Below, in pieces: positions 51,178 to 61,570 of a stretch of DNA of 64,000 nt (position 1 is its first letter; the number at the start of each line of letters is the position of its first letter). The notes beneath the pieces are model-generated. The model did no database searches. It saw nothing but the letters and a program-made list of their open reading frames with translations, and was not told the DNA's origin. The translations under genes and the position numbers were made by a program. Origin of the DNA: Candidatus Giovannonibacteria bacterium (GTDB lineage: Bacteria > Patescibacteriota > Minisyncoccia > JACPKW01 > UBA11713); the NCBI GenBank assembly GCA_016186825.1, contig JACPKW010000005.1, forward strand, positions 2,025 through 66,024. Reading direction: 5' to 3'.

Positions 51178-52143
51178 TTATGGCTGTAAAATATCTTCTG
51201 TCCGGCCGTTGATTGAAATCGACACGCTTTTAACTGTTGGAAATTGTTTTAAAGTCTCTGTTATCTGCGACCTGATCGCGGCGACTCTGCAGGAGCCTCC
51301 AACCTGATATTCCATCTGCTCATCAAAATCAACTTTTGCAACTCCATTTTCTATCAAAAGCCATTGAATCAAAACACCGTCATTAATGCTCGAGAAATAT
51401 CCCGCTTCTTTTTCGGAAAGTGTGGGTCCGCGAAGCAACTGTTCAAGCGCGGCGCGTCCCACTGCCGTTGTTTTCGGAATTTCGCGCTCCACGGCAAAAA
51501 CTTTATTGCAGTCATTCACTTGCGGATCTTCCTTGTTGTTTCCGAAAAAAACTTTCACTTTCACTTTTTCGGCTGAATTTTGATTAGTTTGCTCGCTGGC
51601 ATTTTCAAAAATCACGGGGATCACAAGCTGATCATCGTTTTCCGGCTTACCCGAAGGATTATCTTTATTGAGAATAATTTTCCCGGGACCAGGATTTCTG
51701 AATCTAAAGTCGACAACCTCCCGAAAAGGCACAAAGTTTTCCGTCATCCATTCACTTTTGGCCTGCACTATGCCCGAACGCTCCACATTGCCTGTAGAAT
51801 CCTCCAGCCTGAAGGGAAAGCTGGCTTCAAAATACCAATAACCTCGCGCTTCGCCTTCAAGCACAAAGGGGCTTTTTACGACCTGGTTCGGCCGCGGCGA
51901 TGTAACACGTATTAAATCCTGCTTCTCTATTGCATTTCCAATATCTTCGCTGAATGTTTTTCCGTCAGGAGTGCGGCACTGGCGGGGATAACTTTCCATC
52001 ACCGGATAACCGCGTGCTGTGCATTCGTTAAAATTATTTACCGCAACCGGATTTAAATTTCCGCGCGTTACAAAATACCAGATCCCAACGAGAACCGCAA
52101 TTATTATAAGTATCCCAATTAAAATCCACGTAAGATTTCTCAT
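51178..52143 (-). CDS. GerMN-domain membrane-anchored protein
   Basis: N-terminal TM. C-terminal GerMN-like region (FSSINDGVLIQWLLIENGVAKVDF). Confidence 0.5.
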   Translation of the reverse strand: MRNLTWILIGILIIIAVLVGIWYFVTRGNLNPVAVNNFNECTARGYPVMESYPRQCRTPDGKTFSEDIGNAIEKQDLIRVTSPRPNQVVKSPFVLEGEARGYWYFEASFPFRLEDSTGNVERSGIVQAKSEWMTENFVPFREVVDFRFRNPGPGKIILNKDNPSGKPENDDQLVIPVIFENASEQTNQNSAEKVKVKVFFGNNKEDPQVNDCNKVFAVEREIPKTTAVGRAALEQLLRGPTLSEKEAGYFSSINDGVLIQWLLIENGVAKVDFDEQMEYQVGGSCRVAAIRSQITETLKQFPTVKSVSISINGRTEDILQP

Positions 52144-52167
52144 AATTTTATTATATAATTTTAAGTT

Positions 52168-53349
52168 TTATTCCGTAACCTTTGTTTCAGATTCGCTTGA
52201 TGTAGACATGTTCGGCTTTTCGCTTTCTGCAGGGGTTCCAGTTCCAGTGCCGAGCACTTCACCTCCAACAGTTATATCGCTTTTATCCGCACCGTCTTCA
52301 TGATCATCCAAACCACTGTCGGTTGAAGATGCATTTTCCGGCGTTGAAGTGGCAGTCAAGCTTAAATCCAAGCTCAATTCATTTTGAATCTGGATTTTTT
52401 GCTTCGGATCTTCCGCTTTCAAAATGGCAGTCTGCGAAAGGGAAAATGCTTTGGAGTAATCCCCCGCTTCAAGCGATGCTTTTCCTGAAGCAAAATCCCA
52501 TTTTGCATCTTCCAGCACTTTTTCCAGCTTTTTTGAGCTGCGGGGGTCCAGATTATCTTTGGATCTTTTGATGATCCGGTTTACTTCCTCTATTTTATTT
52601 CCCGCGGCCTGCACAATGCCCTCCGCATTTTTTTTAGCAAGGTTTCTGTCTCCGGAAATATTGTTTTTCATTTCCGTCCGCGCGAGTTTTACATTCGAAA
52701 GAATTAATTTAACGTCGGAAATGATTTTTTGAACTTCTTTCAGGGAATTTTCGTCGGAAGCCACTTTAGCAAGCGCTTCTTTATGCGCGACAAGTCCGGA
52801 TTCGAAGCGTGCGTTAAGATCTGCCGCAACGCTCAATTTGTTTTTGTCCCTAAGTTCGGCAATTTTGTTTTTGGATTTTAAAGCATGGTCTAAAAATTTT
52901 ACCTGAAGTTCCTGTATAACTTTCTCGGTGATTCTTCCTTTCTTTGCGAGCTTCTCGGCTTCATCTAGCCGGCGAATGGCAAGCTCTGCCTCCAGATCCG
53001 CACCGGCTTCCGCGCTAAATACAAAAAAACTCCGCGCATCTTCGGATGCGATTTTTACCGGATACAAAACATCACCCGGAACCGCTTTTTGAGCAGCCAC
53101 TGAAATTCCAACCCCAAAAAATAAAACCAAAATTGCAAAAACCGGAGACCAAACATAAGCTTTAGAGCCTTTAGAAAAAAATGTCTGCCAAAAACCATAT
53201 TCCACCGCTTGGATCGGCAAATCAACTTCCGTTTCGGCGCCGGATCTTTTCACATAAAAAAGCATGAGTTCCCTCACACGGGCTTTCTCATGTCCAGGCA
53301 ATTTTATTTTTTTCGCTTCTTCAAATATTTGTTCTAAATCTTTTTTCAT
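52168..53349 (-). CDS. putative anti-sigma factor (single-pass membrane, coiled-coil ectodomain)
   Basis: Overlaps the stop of the ECF sigma gene. One TM helix. Long charged helical C-terminal region. Confidence 0.45.
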   Translation of the reverse strand: MKKDLEQIFEEAKKIKLPGHEKARVRELMLFYVKRSGAETEVDLPIQAVEYGFWQTFFSKGSKAYVWSPVFAILVLFFGVGISVAAQKAVPGDVLYPVKIASEDARSFFVFSAEAGADLEAELAIRRLDEAEKLAKKGRITEKVIQELQVKFLDHALKSKNKIAELRDKNKLSVAADLNARFESGLVAHKEALAKVASDENSLKEVQKIISDVKLILSNVKLARTEMKNNISGDRNLAKKNAEGIVQAAGNKIEEVNRIIKRSKDNLDPRSSKKLEKVLEDAKWDFASGKASLEAGDYSKAFSLSQTAILKAEDPKQKIQIQNELSLDLSLTATSTPENASSTDSGLDDHEDGADKSDITVGGEVLGTGTGTPAESEKPNMSTSSESETKVTE

Positions 53350-53882
53350 TTTACTCCTCCATTTTCAGCGATATCGCGCATTTTTCTTAGGCCGCGATGC
53401 AATCTGACCGAGATTGCGTTTTCGCTTTCCTTCAATATAAAAGCGATATCTTTGACCGGCAGGTCATCAAGATATCTCATTATGATCACTTCCCGTGATT
53501 TTTCGTCCACTTTCTCTAAGAGGTGAATCATTTCGCGCGAGGCCGCTCTTAATTCCATGTCTCCCGGCGCACCGGCGCTTGGATCAAAACCTTTGGTCGC
53601 AAGTTCGTCCAAGGAGGCCTCTTTTTTCTTACGGACAAAATCTACGATAAGATTATTCGCCACACGATAGAGAAAAGCCCGCAGATTTTCGACTTCCGTG
53701 CCACCGGATAAATATTTCCAGGTTTTAACAAAAGACTCCTGCATCAAATCTTTCGCCCGTTCATAATCGCGCAGACGGAAATAGCAATGCCGAAAAATAG
53801 CATCGGCAAAACTATCGTACGCCATAGCGAACCGCTTTTCCATTTCTTCTTTTGAGGGCTTCATAAACAAGACGACAAGCAA
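53346..53882 (-). CDS. ECF-type sigma-70 factor
   Basis: Region 2 (ESFVKTWKYL) and region 4 (VIIMRYLDDLPVKDIAFILKESENAISVRLHRGLRKMR). Confidence 0.8.
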   Translation of the reverse strand: MLVVLFMKPSKEEMEKRFAMAYDSFADAIFRHCYFRLRDYERAKDLMQESFVKTWKYLSGGTEVENLRAFLYRVANNLIVDFVRKKKEASLDELATKGFDPSAGAPGDMELRAASREMIHLLEKVDEKSREVIIMRYLDDLPVKDIAFILKESENAISVRLHRGLRKMRDIAENGGVK

Positions 53883-54059
53883 GGGTCATTCTTACCCTTT
53901 GGGCTAGACAGTATCATATAATTTAACATCTAAAAAAGGAAATTGGGAGACAAAACAAAATACTGTCTAAGATTCGCCCGCCAGCGAGGAGGAAACAGAA
54001 CGAGTCCCGTCGCTGGCGGGACGAGTGGTTTTCAAAAGAGAGCTTGGGGAGCGAGTTTC

Positions 54060-54506
54060 CTATTTTTCTATTTTCTCCGAAATTTTTTGCAAAATTTCCT
54101 CGTGATTTTCTAAGTGCAGAAGAATAGCTTCGATTTCACGTTCCGCTTTCATGTTGATTTCATATTCATGTTCCGATCTCAACTGCGAATACTTGCCCTG
54201 TAAATTCTGTCCGATCATGATGAGCGGCAATAGCATCAGCTGAATCAGATTAGAAATAAATAGCCACAAGACGAAGGCCGGGAAGGGATCAAAACGAAAA
54301 TCTTCCGGAGAAAATAAGTTCCATCCAATCCAGAAAACTGTCCAAAAAAGTATAATAAGGAAAAAACCCATTGTGCCAATGTGGTTCGTAACATAAACCG
54401 CAAAACGTTCAAGTGCGCTTAGCCCTGCATGGTGTTCTCTCGCGATATTCCGGACAGGCGGGCGCAGATTCTTGAGTTCTTCTAGCGAAAAGACTTTTCT
54501 AGTCAT
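54060..54506 (-). CDS. DUF1003-like small membrane protein
   Basis: 148 aa, two TM helices, charged termini. Confidence 0.45.
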   Translation of the reverse strand: MTRKVFSLEELKNLRPPVRNIAREHHAGLSALERFAVYVTNHIGTMGFFLIILFWTVFWIGWNLFSPEDFRFDPFPAFVLWLFISNLIQLMLLPLIMIGQNLQGKYSQLRSEHEYEINMKAEREIEAILLHLENHEEILQKISEKIEK

Positions 54507-54572
54507 ACTATTTAATAATACAACCTAATCAAGTCCTTGAAAAAGCATATTTAAGATGCGAGAATCAAATTT

Positions 54573-55214
54573 ATGAGAACGGTCTTTATTTTAACTTTTA
54601 TCTTAATAATTTTATTAATAGCTCTCGTAGGTTATTGGGTTTTAAAAGGAACTGAACCAAAAAATATTATGAATCCCGAAAAAAATCAAAATAATCTATC
54701 CGCCGCCAAAAATCCCGTGGCAACTTTGGAAACAACGAAGGGCGTAATCAAAATTGAACTTTTCATAGACAAAACTCCGATCACGGCGGGCAATTTCGTA
54801 AAGCTCGCAAAATCCGGCTTCTATGACGGAATAAAATTTCACCGCGTGATAAAAGATTTTATGATTCAATCGGGCGACCCGAATTCAAAAGAAAGCGATG
54901 CGTCAAAATATGGCCTCGGGGGTCCGGGCTATAATATTCAGGATGAATTCGTCTCTGGCCTTTCGAACGTGCGGGGAACAATTTCGATGGCAAATATCGG
55001 ACAGCCAAACACAGGAGGAAGCCAGTTTTTTATAAATCTGGTTGATAATACCGGACTTGATTTTGACAAGCCGCCTTTGACTTCCCGCCATCCCGTATTT
55101 GGAAAAGTCATCGAAGGAATGGATGTCGTTGATGCGATCGCAAATTCCAAAACCAATGCAAGCGACCTCCCCACTGAACCGGTGATCATAAATAAAATAG
55201 CCATCACAGAATAA
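54573..55214 (+). CDS. cyclophilin-type peptidyl-prolyl cis-trans isomerase
   Basis: GFYDGIKFHRVIKDFMIQSGDP. N-terminal signal anchor. Confidence 0.9.
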   Translation: MRTVFILTFILIILLIALVGYWVLKGTEPKNIMNPEKNQNNLSAAKNPVATLETTKGVIKIELFIDKTPITAGNFVKLAKSGFYDGIKFHRVIKDFMIQSGDPNSKESDASKYGLGGPGYNIQDEFVSGLSNVRGTISMANIGQPNTGGSQFFINLVDNTGLDFDKPPLTSRHPVFGKVIEGMDVVDAIANSKTNASDLPTEPVIINKIAITE

Positions 55215-55503
55215 GTTCCCCTACAATTTTGACTTTTTTTGTAATGCCTGATATACGGGCCTTTTTATTTTCGTTACGAATTCTTTACGAAAATCATCTA
55301 TTCAATGCCCCAAACTCAGTTTGGGGCATTAGGGAGGCTAAATTTGACAAGAGTGGCTACTCATTGTGTTGATATTGACTTTCTGGCCCAGATACGCTAT
55401 TATAGATGCCGTCATATGCTACCGCCTAAATAAGGCGGTTTTACATTGGGGGTAAGGCATATGACAGTCGAAAATTGGCCTATATTAAGGAATTTACGAA
55501 ATA

Positions 55504-55911
55504 ATGGCTTATCTCTATATTCTGACGATTGGTTTAATGCTCTTTGTTCCTCAAATCGGCCATGATGCCTATTCACCGAAGGTACAAGAAACCCTTCTTG
55601 GCGAAAATGCGCTGATTACGGGATCGACCATAGCATCAAACCACTCAACTCTTCCGCCGGTCCTTTCGAAGATCGCTTCATGCGAATCTGGCGGAAACCA
55701 TTACGACAAAAATGGTAAAGTCCTAAAAGGGTTGGTCAACTCAAAAGACATCGGAAAATACCAGATCAACTCTGAATACTGGAAAAAGGAAGCCGAGGCT
55801 CTGGGCTTCGACCTTTATACCGAGGAAGGCAATGAAGCCATGGCGCTCGCGATCTATGAAAAGCATGGAACCTGGCCCTGGGAACCTTCGCGAAACTGCT
55901 GGGATAAATAA
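55504..55911 (+). CDS. transglycosylase-like (Rpf/SLT-type) secreted protein
   Basis: IASCESGGNHYD motif typical of the transglycosylase-like domain. Signal peptide. Confidence 0.55.
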   Translation: MAYLYILTIGLMLFVPQIGHDAYSPKVQETLLGENALITGSTIASNHSTLPPVLSKIASCESGGNHYDKNGKVLKGLVNSKDIGKYQINSEYWKKEAEALGFDLYTEEGNEAMALAIYEKHGTWPWEPSRNCWDK

Positions 55912-55993
55912 TAAATTGCAAATCGAAACAAAAACCGTCCGCGTTATGCGGGCGGTTTTTGTTTCTAAGTATGAGCGCAAAAATATTAACTCG

Positions 55994-56434
55994 CTAAGAT
56001 CTCGTATATAGTCCGACCATTTCCGCATGGGCGATAATATGCCCTTCCATTGCTTTTTCTACATCTTCTTTAGAAACTTTTTCATCGAGATCCAGTTTGC
56101 AATCGAGCGCGTAAAGCTTGAAAAAATACCGGTGCGTGCCAGAGGGCGGACAAGGACCGCCATAGCCATTCGTGCGAAAACTTGTTACCCCCTCGACTGC
56201 TCCATGCGGCACGGAATTTTCTGGAATTTCCGCCGTATCAGGTCGAATATTAAAAACGACCCAATGTATCCAAACGCCAGCGCGCGCATCCGGATCGTCC
56301 ACAATTAAAGCAAGGCTCTGCGCGTTTGCAGACACATTTGAAAACGACAACGGTGGGCTGATGTTATCGCCGTCACAAGTATATTTGGACTGCATCAAAG
56401 CATTAGCGCCAAAAGCCGAGCTTGAGATTTGCAT
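55994..56434 (-). CDS. PEBP/YbhB-family protein
   Basis: DDPDA...GVWIHWVVFNI...GYGGPCPPSGTHRYFFKLYALD. Confidence 0.8.
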   Translation of the reverse strand: MQISSSAFGANALMQSKYTCDGDNISPPLSFSNVSANAQSLALIVDDPDARAGVWIHWVVFNIRPDTAEIPENSVPHGAVEGVTSFRTNGYGGPCPPSGTHRYFFKLYALDCKLDLDEKVSKEDVEKAMEGHIIAHAEMVGLYTRS

Positions 56435-56466
56435 AAAAATAAAACTAACTTTAATTTATGATAGTT

Positions 56467-56793
56467 TTAAAAAAACTTCATAAAATGGAGAATAAAAAAA
56501 CCGGTGAGCGCAATTGATCCCAGAATCGCAGACCAAATTGCCCAAACTATTGCGCGCCCCGCGCTTTTTTCATTTAAATTCTGCGCGAACGCATAAAAAA
56601 TCATAAGTCCTAAGAAATACACAATGAGCGATCCGTAGCTTTTAGTAACCCAATGGTGCCCCGACAAACTTTTTAAATAACCTTTGAGCGGGACGGAAAA
56701 TTCCGCCCAAATCGTAATAACAGTCACAAAAACAATAGTAAGCGATGCGGCAACTGCTGAAGCATAAACTAATTTTTGTCCTTTGGAATTCAT
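56467..56793 (-). CDS. hypothetical membrane protein
   Basis: 108 aa, 3 TM. Confidence 0.4.
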   Translation of the reverse strand: MNSKGQKLVYASAVAASLTIVFVTVITIWAEFSVPLKGYLKSLSGHHWVTKSYGSLIVYFLGLMIFYAFAQNLNEKSAGRAIVWAIWSAILGSIALTGFFILHFMKFF

Positions 56794-56794
56794 A

Positions 56795-57277
56795 TCAGCC
56801 CCACCTCGCCGCCGATGAAATTATAAAACCCATAGCGCCGATAAAAAGTCCGAGCACTGCTATGAAAAGCGACAAATAAATTACTTGCCGCCTGATTCCG
56901 CTTTGCTCGAAAATATCTTTGCCCGCAAAAACCGCAAAAAGAGCCGTGAGCGCGAGCGGAATTATAAAAAGAAAAATATGCTCCTTTGCCTCCATTGAAA
57001 CCGCATGCGCCCATGGCGCTGACCCCGCGAGAATAATCGGTTTTACAAAACTTCCGTAATTGACTACATAATAGTAACCCCCCGCAAGCCAGCTTAAAGA
57101 AAACCCGATAACTCCGAGAATTGCGGCGAATCGAGCGCGCGAGCCTGTTCCATGCCCCGCGATTGCTTCTCCCGCAAGCCACAAAAAAGCGTCAATCCCG
57201 ACAATTGCCATCCCAAGATGAATTCCGATCAAAACCGGTTTTGCCGTAATTAAGGAAAAAATATCAGGCATATGCAT
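56795..57277 (-). CDS. hypothetical membrane protein
   Basis: 160 aa, 4-5 TM. Adjacent to and coupled with the previous gene. Confidence 0.45.
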   Translation of the reverse strand: MHMPDIFSLITAKPVLIGIHLGMAIVGIDAFLWLAGEAIAGHGTGSRARFAAILGVIGFSLSWLAGGYYYVVNYGSFVKPIILAGSAPWAHAVSMEAKEHIFLFIIPLALTALFAVFAGKDIFEQSGIRRQVIYLSLFIAVLGLFIGAMGFIISSAARWG

Positions 57278-57384
57278 CTATTCTAACGCCTACTCGCGCT
57301 AGATAGAGTGGACAAACACCCTTTAATACTTTTTAAAAACAAAACCATTGCAGGTGAACGGACGTTTACTTATAATGAACCAAT

Positions 57385-57954
57385 ATGCCAAGCGATAAAT
57401 ACTTAGAAAAAATTATAAATTTCTATAAAGAAAGGAAGCGAATGCCGAGTTACAGCGAAATTGCGCGCTTAGCCGGTTTTGGCTCCAAAAACGCCGCCTA
57501 TAAACTCGTACAAAAACTGCTTGATGAAAATATTCTCGAAAAAGATTCCTCGGGAAAACTCCTTCCCGGACGCGCTTTTAATTCCGTTAGGGTTTTGGGA
57601 ACAGTTGAAGCAGGCTGGCCTTCCCCCGCCGAAGAAGAGCTTTTGGATACGATGACGCTCGATGAATTTTTGATCGCAAACAAAGAAGCTACTTATATGC
57701 TCACCGTGAAAGGCGATTCCATGAAAGATGCGGGAATAATTTCTGGCGATCTTGTTTTGGTGGAGCGCGGCAAGCAGGCAAAGGACGGAGATATAGTAAT
57801 CGCGGAGGTGGACGGAGAATGGACGATGAAATATTTCCGAAAGCGCGGAAGTAAAATTTTTCTCGAGCCCGCAAATCAAAAATTTTCAAAAATTTTTCCG
57901 AAGGAAACGTTAAAAATTGCCGCCATCGTAAAAGCGGTAATTCGAAAATATTAA
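57385..57954 (+). CDS. LexA/UmuD-like S24 peptidase with N-terminal HTH
   Basis: VKGDSMKDAGIISGDLVLVE...K motif. 189 aa. Directly upstream of a Y-family polymerase. Confidence 0.8.
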   Translation: MPSDKYLEKIINFYKERKRMPSYSEIARLAGFGSKNAAYKLVQKLLDENILEKDSSGKLLPGRAFNSVRVLGTVEAGWPSPAEEELLDTMTLDEFLIANKEATYMLTVKGDSMKDAGIISGDLVLVERGKQAKDGDIVIAEVDGEWTMKYFRKRGSKIFLEPANQKFSKIFPKETLKIAAIVKAVIRKY

Positions 57955-57955
57955 A

Positions 57956-59269
57956 ATGCGCTCTCCTTTGATTTTGAGCTCTTTCCCCCGCGCTATCCTC
58001 CATATAGACGGAGACGCTTTTTTCGCGGCCTCTGAACAAGCGAGAAATCCGAAACTGAAAGGAAGGCCCGTTATCACCGGAAAAGAGCGCGGGATCGTGG
58101 CCTCCATGAGCTATGAAGCGAAAGCGCGGGGTGTTACGCGCGCGATGCGCCTTTTTGAAGTTAAAAAAATTTGTCCGGATGCGGTAATACTCCCCTCCGA
58201 CTACGAAACCTACAGCATTTTATCAAAAAGGCTCTTTAATATCGTAAGAAGATACACTCCGGATGTGGAAGAATACGGGATTGATGAATGCTTTGCGGAT
58301 ATCACGGGATTAAGGCGCCCGTTTAGAATGTCTTATCATGATATCGCGGAAAAAATTAAAAAAGAATTGGATTCGGAACTGGGTTTTACTTTTTCGATAG
58401 GCCTCGCTCCAAACAAAGTGCTCGCAAAAATTGCGTCAAAGTGGGCAAAACCTTCCGGACTCACCGCTATTCCGGGGCGCCTCATCCATATTTATCTAGA
58501 AGAGCTCGCGGTAGAAAAAGTATGGGGCATCGGTCCGCAAACCACTGCATTTCTGGCGCATCACGGCATTAAAACCGCGCTTGATTTCGCGCTTCGAAAA
58601 GAGCCTTGGATCAGAAAAAATTTATCAAAGCCATTTTTTGAGATCTGGCAGGAATTAAACGGCAACTTCGTTTTGAATTTAGACACTTCGGAAAAAACCA
58701 GCTATCAATCGATTTCAAAAGTAAAAACTTTCTCCCCCGCTTCAAACGACCGCGCTTTTGTTTTTGCCCAGCTTTCAAAAAATATCGAAAACGCCTGCAT
58801 GAAAGCGCGGCGCTACAAGCTTGCCGCAAACGGTGCGGCGCTTTTTTTGCGGCAGGAAAATTTCGAATGCCGCGGGATGGAAATAAAATTCAGCCGCAAA
58901 ACCGCGTTTGCGCACGAAATAATAAACCTCGCCAAATCTTCTTTTGAAGATATTTTTAATCCAAAAATTTTATACCGCTCGACTGGAGTCGTCCTTTTAA
59001 AGCTGGAGGAAGAAAATGAAATGCAGCTCGATCTTTTTGGCCGCGAGCTTCTCGCTCAAAAAATGACAAAAATTTATGAAAGCATAGACGCTATTCGCAA
59101 TAAATACGGCAAACACACCGTCTTTTTCGGCTCGAGCTTCCAGGCAAACAAATTTTCCCAGCATTTGGGCGAACGCGGCGTTGTCCCGCAAAGAAAACAA
59201 AATCTCCTGAAGGGCGAAACCGCCCGCAAACGCCTCGCAATTCCCGTCTTCTTGGGAAAGATTTCTTAA
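57956..59269 (+). CDS. Y-family (DinB/UmuC-type) translesion DNA polymerase
   Basis: ILHIDGDAFFAASEQ catalytic motif. 437 aa. Start 2 nt after the upstream stop. Confidence 0.85.
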   Translation: MRSPLILSSFPRAILHIDGDAFFAASEQARNPKLKGRPVITGKERGIVASMSYEAKARGVTRAMRLFEVKKICPDAVILPSDYETYSILSKRLFNIVRRYTPDVEEYGIDECFADITGLRRPFRMSYHDIAEKIKKELDSELGFTFSIGLAPNKVLAKIASKWAKPSGLTAIPGRLIHIYLEELAVEKVWGIGPQTTAFLAHHGIKTALDFALRKEPWIRKNLSKPFFEIWQELNGNFVLNLDTSEKTSYQSISKVKTFSPASNDRAFVFAQLSKNIENACMKARRYKLAANGAALFLRQENFECRGMEIKFSRKTAFAHEIINLAKSSFEDIFNPKILYRSTGVVLLKLEEENEMQLDLFGRELLAQKMTKIYESIDAIRNKYGKHTVFFGSSFQANKFSQHLGERGVVPQRKQNLLKGETARKRLAIPVFLGKIS

Positions 59270-59435
59270 TTCAAAGATGACGAACTGTATATTTTCAAAA
59301 ATCAGGAAATTACGAAAAGAGCCGACCTGGAAGCTTTTTTCAAACTCGCAAGTTTCGTTGCAAACAACATCGTGCCAAAATAATCCGTCTTGCGCCCGCT
59401 GTGAAAGCCATGAAAGAGACAATAACGCGGCGGTC

Positions 59436-60680
59436 CTAACGGATTCCTGTATCGCAGCTCACCTGGATTTCTGTAATTTTTTCAGTCTCTACTTTAAATG
59501 TAGGCGAAATGCAATATGGAAAAACCTTATCCGAAGGAATCGAACGGATTGCATATTCTCCGGGAGCAATTTCTGCGAAAAATTCCCCTTTCGAATCAGA
59601 TTTAATTTCTTTAATTAAGTTCCACTCATTCGGTGTGGTAATTCCGAGCTTTGTTTCAAACGGCCTGTCCGGACACTCTTCCCCTTCGCGAACCACCGGG
59701 CACAAAGGCCCGAGAAAAACTTTTCCCTTAATGCCGGTTTTTCCTTCATTAGGATCCCGAAAGCGAATGCTATTTACAATATCGCCGATAATCATATCCA
59801 AATTGAACATTTCTTGCTCAGATTTGCATTTTTTCACGATCGTCTGATCGGCATAGTTCTCACAATTAGGAAATCTCAAAGCAAAAGTCATTCTCATTAA
59901 TTTTCCATCTAAAGAAAAGACGTAGGCGTATTCGGTATAGGCGCTCCCTGCCGCAGCTCCCATACTTTCCTCGATGCAATAATTTACATTCCCAATTTTT
60001 TTCTCGGAAGTTTTTGCATCAGGAAGACCGTTCGAATTTTTTGCCTCTCCGGGCTTACACGAATAAATTCCTGTTTTTATTTCAATTTTTGGAGGCCATT
60101 CGTGCCCGCCTACATATTCTGTTTCAAATTTTTCGGGATACATAAAATCAAAGCCTCCCGGATCTTTGACGGTTTTTAAATTCGGATCCATATATGAGCC
60201 AACGGAAACAGCGGAAATTAAAAATTTCTCTCCGAGTTTATCTACCGTGAATTCGGCAGACCTTTTTGCGGCAATGCCGCCAGACGTTACCTCCATGCTC
60301 GTGACTTCAATAATTTCTCCCTTCACTTCATAACTAGTATCTGAAATTTTCTTTATTTCGGAAATTTCGATTCTTTCCGGCCAGGGGCTTGAAGTCTGCC
60401 TCCCTAGCGCGCTAGCCGGATCTTCTTCCCATTTTTTCATCAGCTCCGGCGTAATAAAATCACTGTAATTTTCCTGAATGCTTTTTACATAAATTTCCCG
60501 AGGCGCCAACCTCGTAACCTTTTTCAGAGCTCCTCCGAAATTTGAAACAAGCGCGCGAATTTCAGCTTCGCTCGTATCAGATTTAATTTCTCTGGGTTGT
60601 TTTAGCCAAATATAAACTGAGCTTCCCGCCGCAAGAAGAATCAACAGCACCGATAATTTTGCAAATAGATTTTTGCTCAT
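59436..60680 (-). CDS. hypothetical secreted/anchored protein
   Basis: 414 aa, signal anchor. Confidence 0.5.
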   Translation of the reverse strand: MSKNLFAKLSVLLILLAAGSSVYIWLKQPREIKSDTSEAEIRALVSNFGGALKKVTRLAPREIYVKSIQENYSDFITPELMKKWEEDPASALGRQTSSPWPERIEISEIKKISDTSYEVKGEIIEVTSMEVTSGGIAAKRSAEFTVDKLGEKFLISAVSVGSYMDPNLKTVKDPGGFDFMYPEKFETEYVGGHEWPPKIEIKTGIYSCKPGEAKNSNGLPDAKTSEKKIGNVNYCIEESMGAAAGSAYTEYAYVFSLDGKLMRMTFALRFPNCENYADQTIVKKCKSEQEMFNLDMIIGDIVNSIRFRDPNEGKTGIKGKVFLGPLCPVVREGEECPDRPFETKLGITTPNEWNLIKEIKSDSKGEFFAEIAPGEYAIRSIPSDKVFPYCISPTFKVETEKITEIQVSCDTGIR

Positions 60681-60741
60681 GTTTTCATTTTAACACTTCT
60701 TCCAAATACTTCGATTCTATTAAAATTAGTTATAAAGAAAT

Positions 60742-60780
60742 AGAAAAAGCCCGAGAAGGTCTGATGACCCCTCGGGCTCG
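60742..60780 (-). terminator. rho-independent terminator
   Basis: Minus strand cgagcccgaggggtcatcagaccttctcgggc + T-run. Confidence 0.6.
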
Positions 60781-60801
60781 TTACTAAGGGTGGCGCCGTC
60801 T

Positions 60802-61374
60802 TCAGTTCATAATCTTCCGGCATTCCACCCAAAAAATTTTGGCGCCTGTATAATTGACGAGAGCGATTCGGGCGTATTTCGGAGATTGTTTTGCCTCTGC
60901 TTTGGAAATATGCCTAATCACCCGATATAACTCCCCCTCATAATCAAAGAAACTTCCGATCTCCGGATATTCGGCGCGAGGCATAACTTCAATCGTCCTC
61001 CCCAGCTGGTTGAATCGATAACTGATCGCAGCCAAATAATTGGCTCCGAAAAAATTCCGATCTCGCTCGGAAAAAGCGTCGATCATTTTATCCAGAGCCG
61101 GGATTGTCATAAGCACCAAAGCCGCCCTTCTGAAAAATATATCCCTCGTGCGCTCGTCCGCTGATTCGCACTCTGCGATTTTTTTTGCAGCTTTTTCGCG
61201 TTCAGTTAAAACAGCAGTTCTGGCTGAAAGACATGTCAACTTTGAAACGTCGTCGATTCCGGAGAGAGCTAGGCGCCAATCCTCTGAGCTGAACCGCTCA
61301 AAGACTTCATTTTGCTTTAAAACAACTTCAGGGTATTTTTCCATTTGATCACCCCCATACCAAAAAAATCTCAC
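60802..61374 (-). CDS. hypothetical protein
   Basis: 190 aa. Probable start at MEKYPEVV. Confidence 0.4.
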   Translation of the reverse strand: MRFFWYGGDQMEKYPEVVLKQNEVFERFSSEDWRLALSGIDDVSKLTCLSARTAVLTEREKAAKKIAECESADERTRDIFFRRAALVLMTIPALDKMIDAFSERDRNFFGANYLAAISYRFNQLGRTIEVMPRAEYPEIGSFFDYEGELYRVIRHISKAEAKQSPKYARIALVNYTGAKIFWVECRKIMN

Positions 61375-61570
61375 TTTCAGATTATCTGATAATAATTAAA
61401 AAACAAGGGGCCGGGTATTCATAAGAATTCCCGACCCCGCCAAAAGGACACGTTTAGAAGATTGCAAACCGTAAGGCAAATTGATTCTGGTCTGCATTTT
61501 CATGCCCACCGGCGCGCCGGTAAGCAGTGTAGGACTTAATAAAATTCTCCCACTCTTTCAAATGTCGTGC

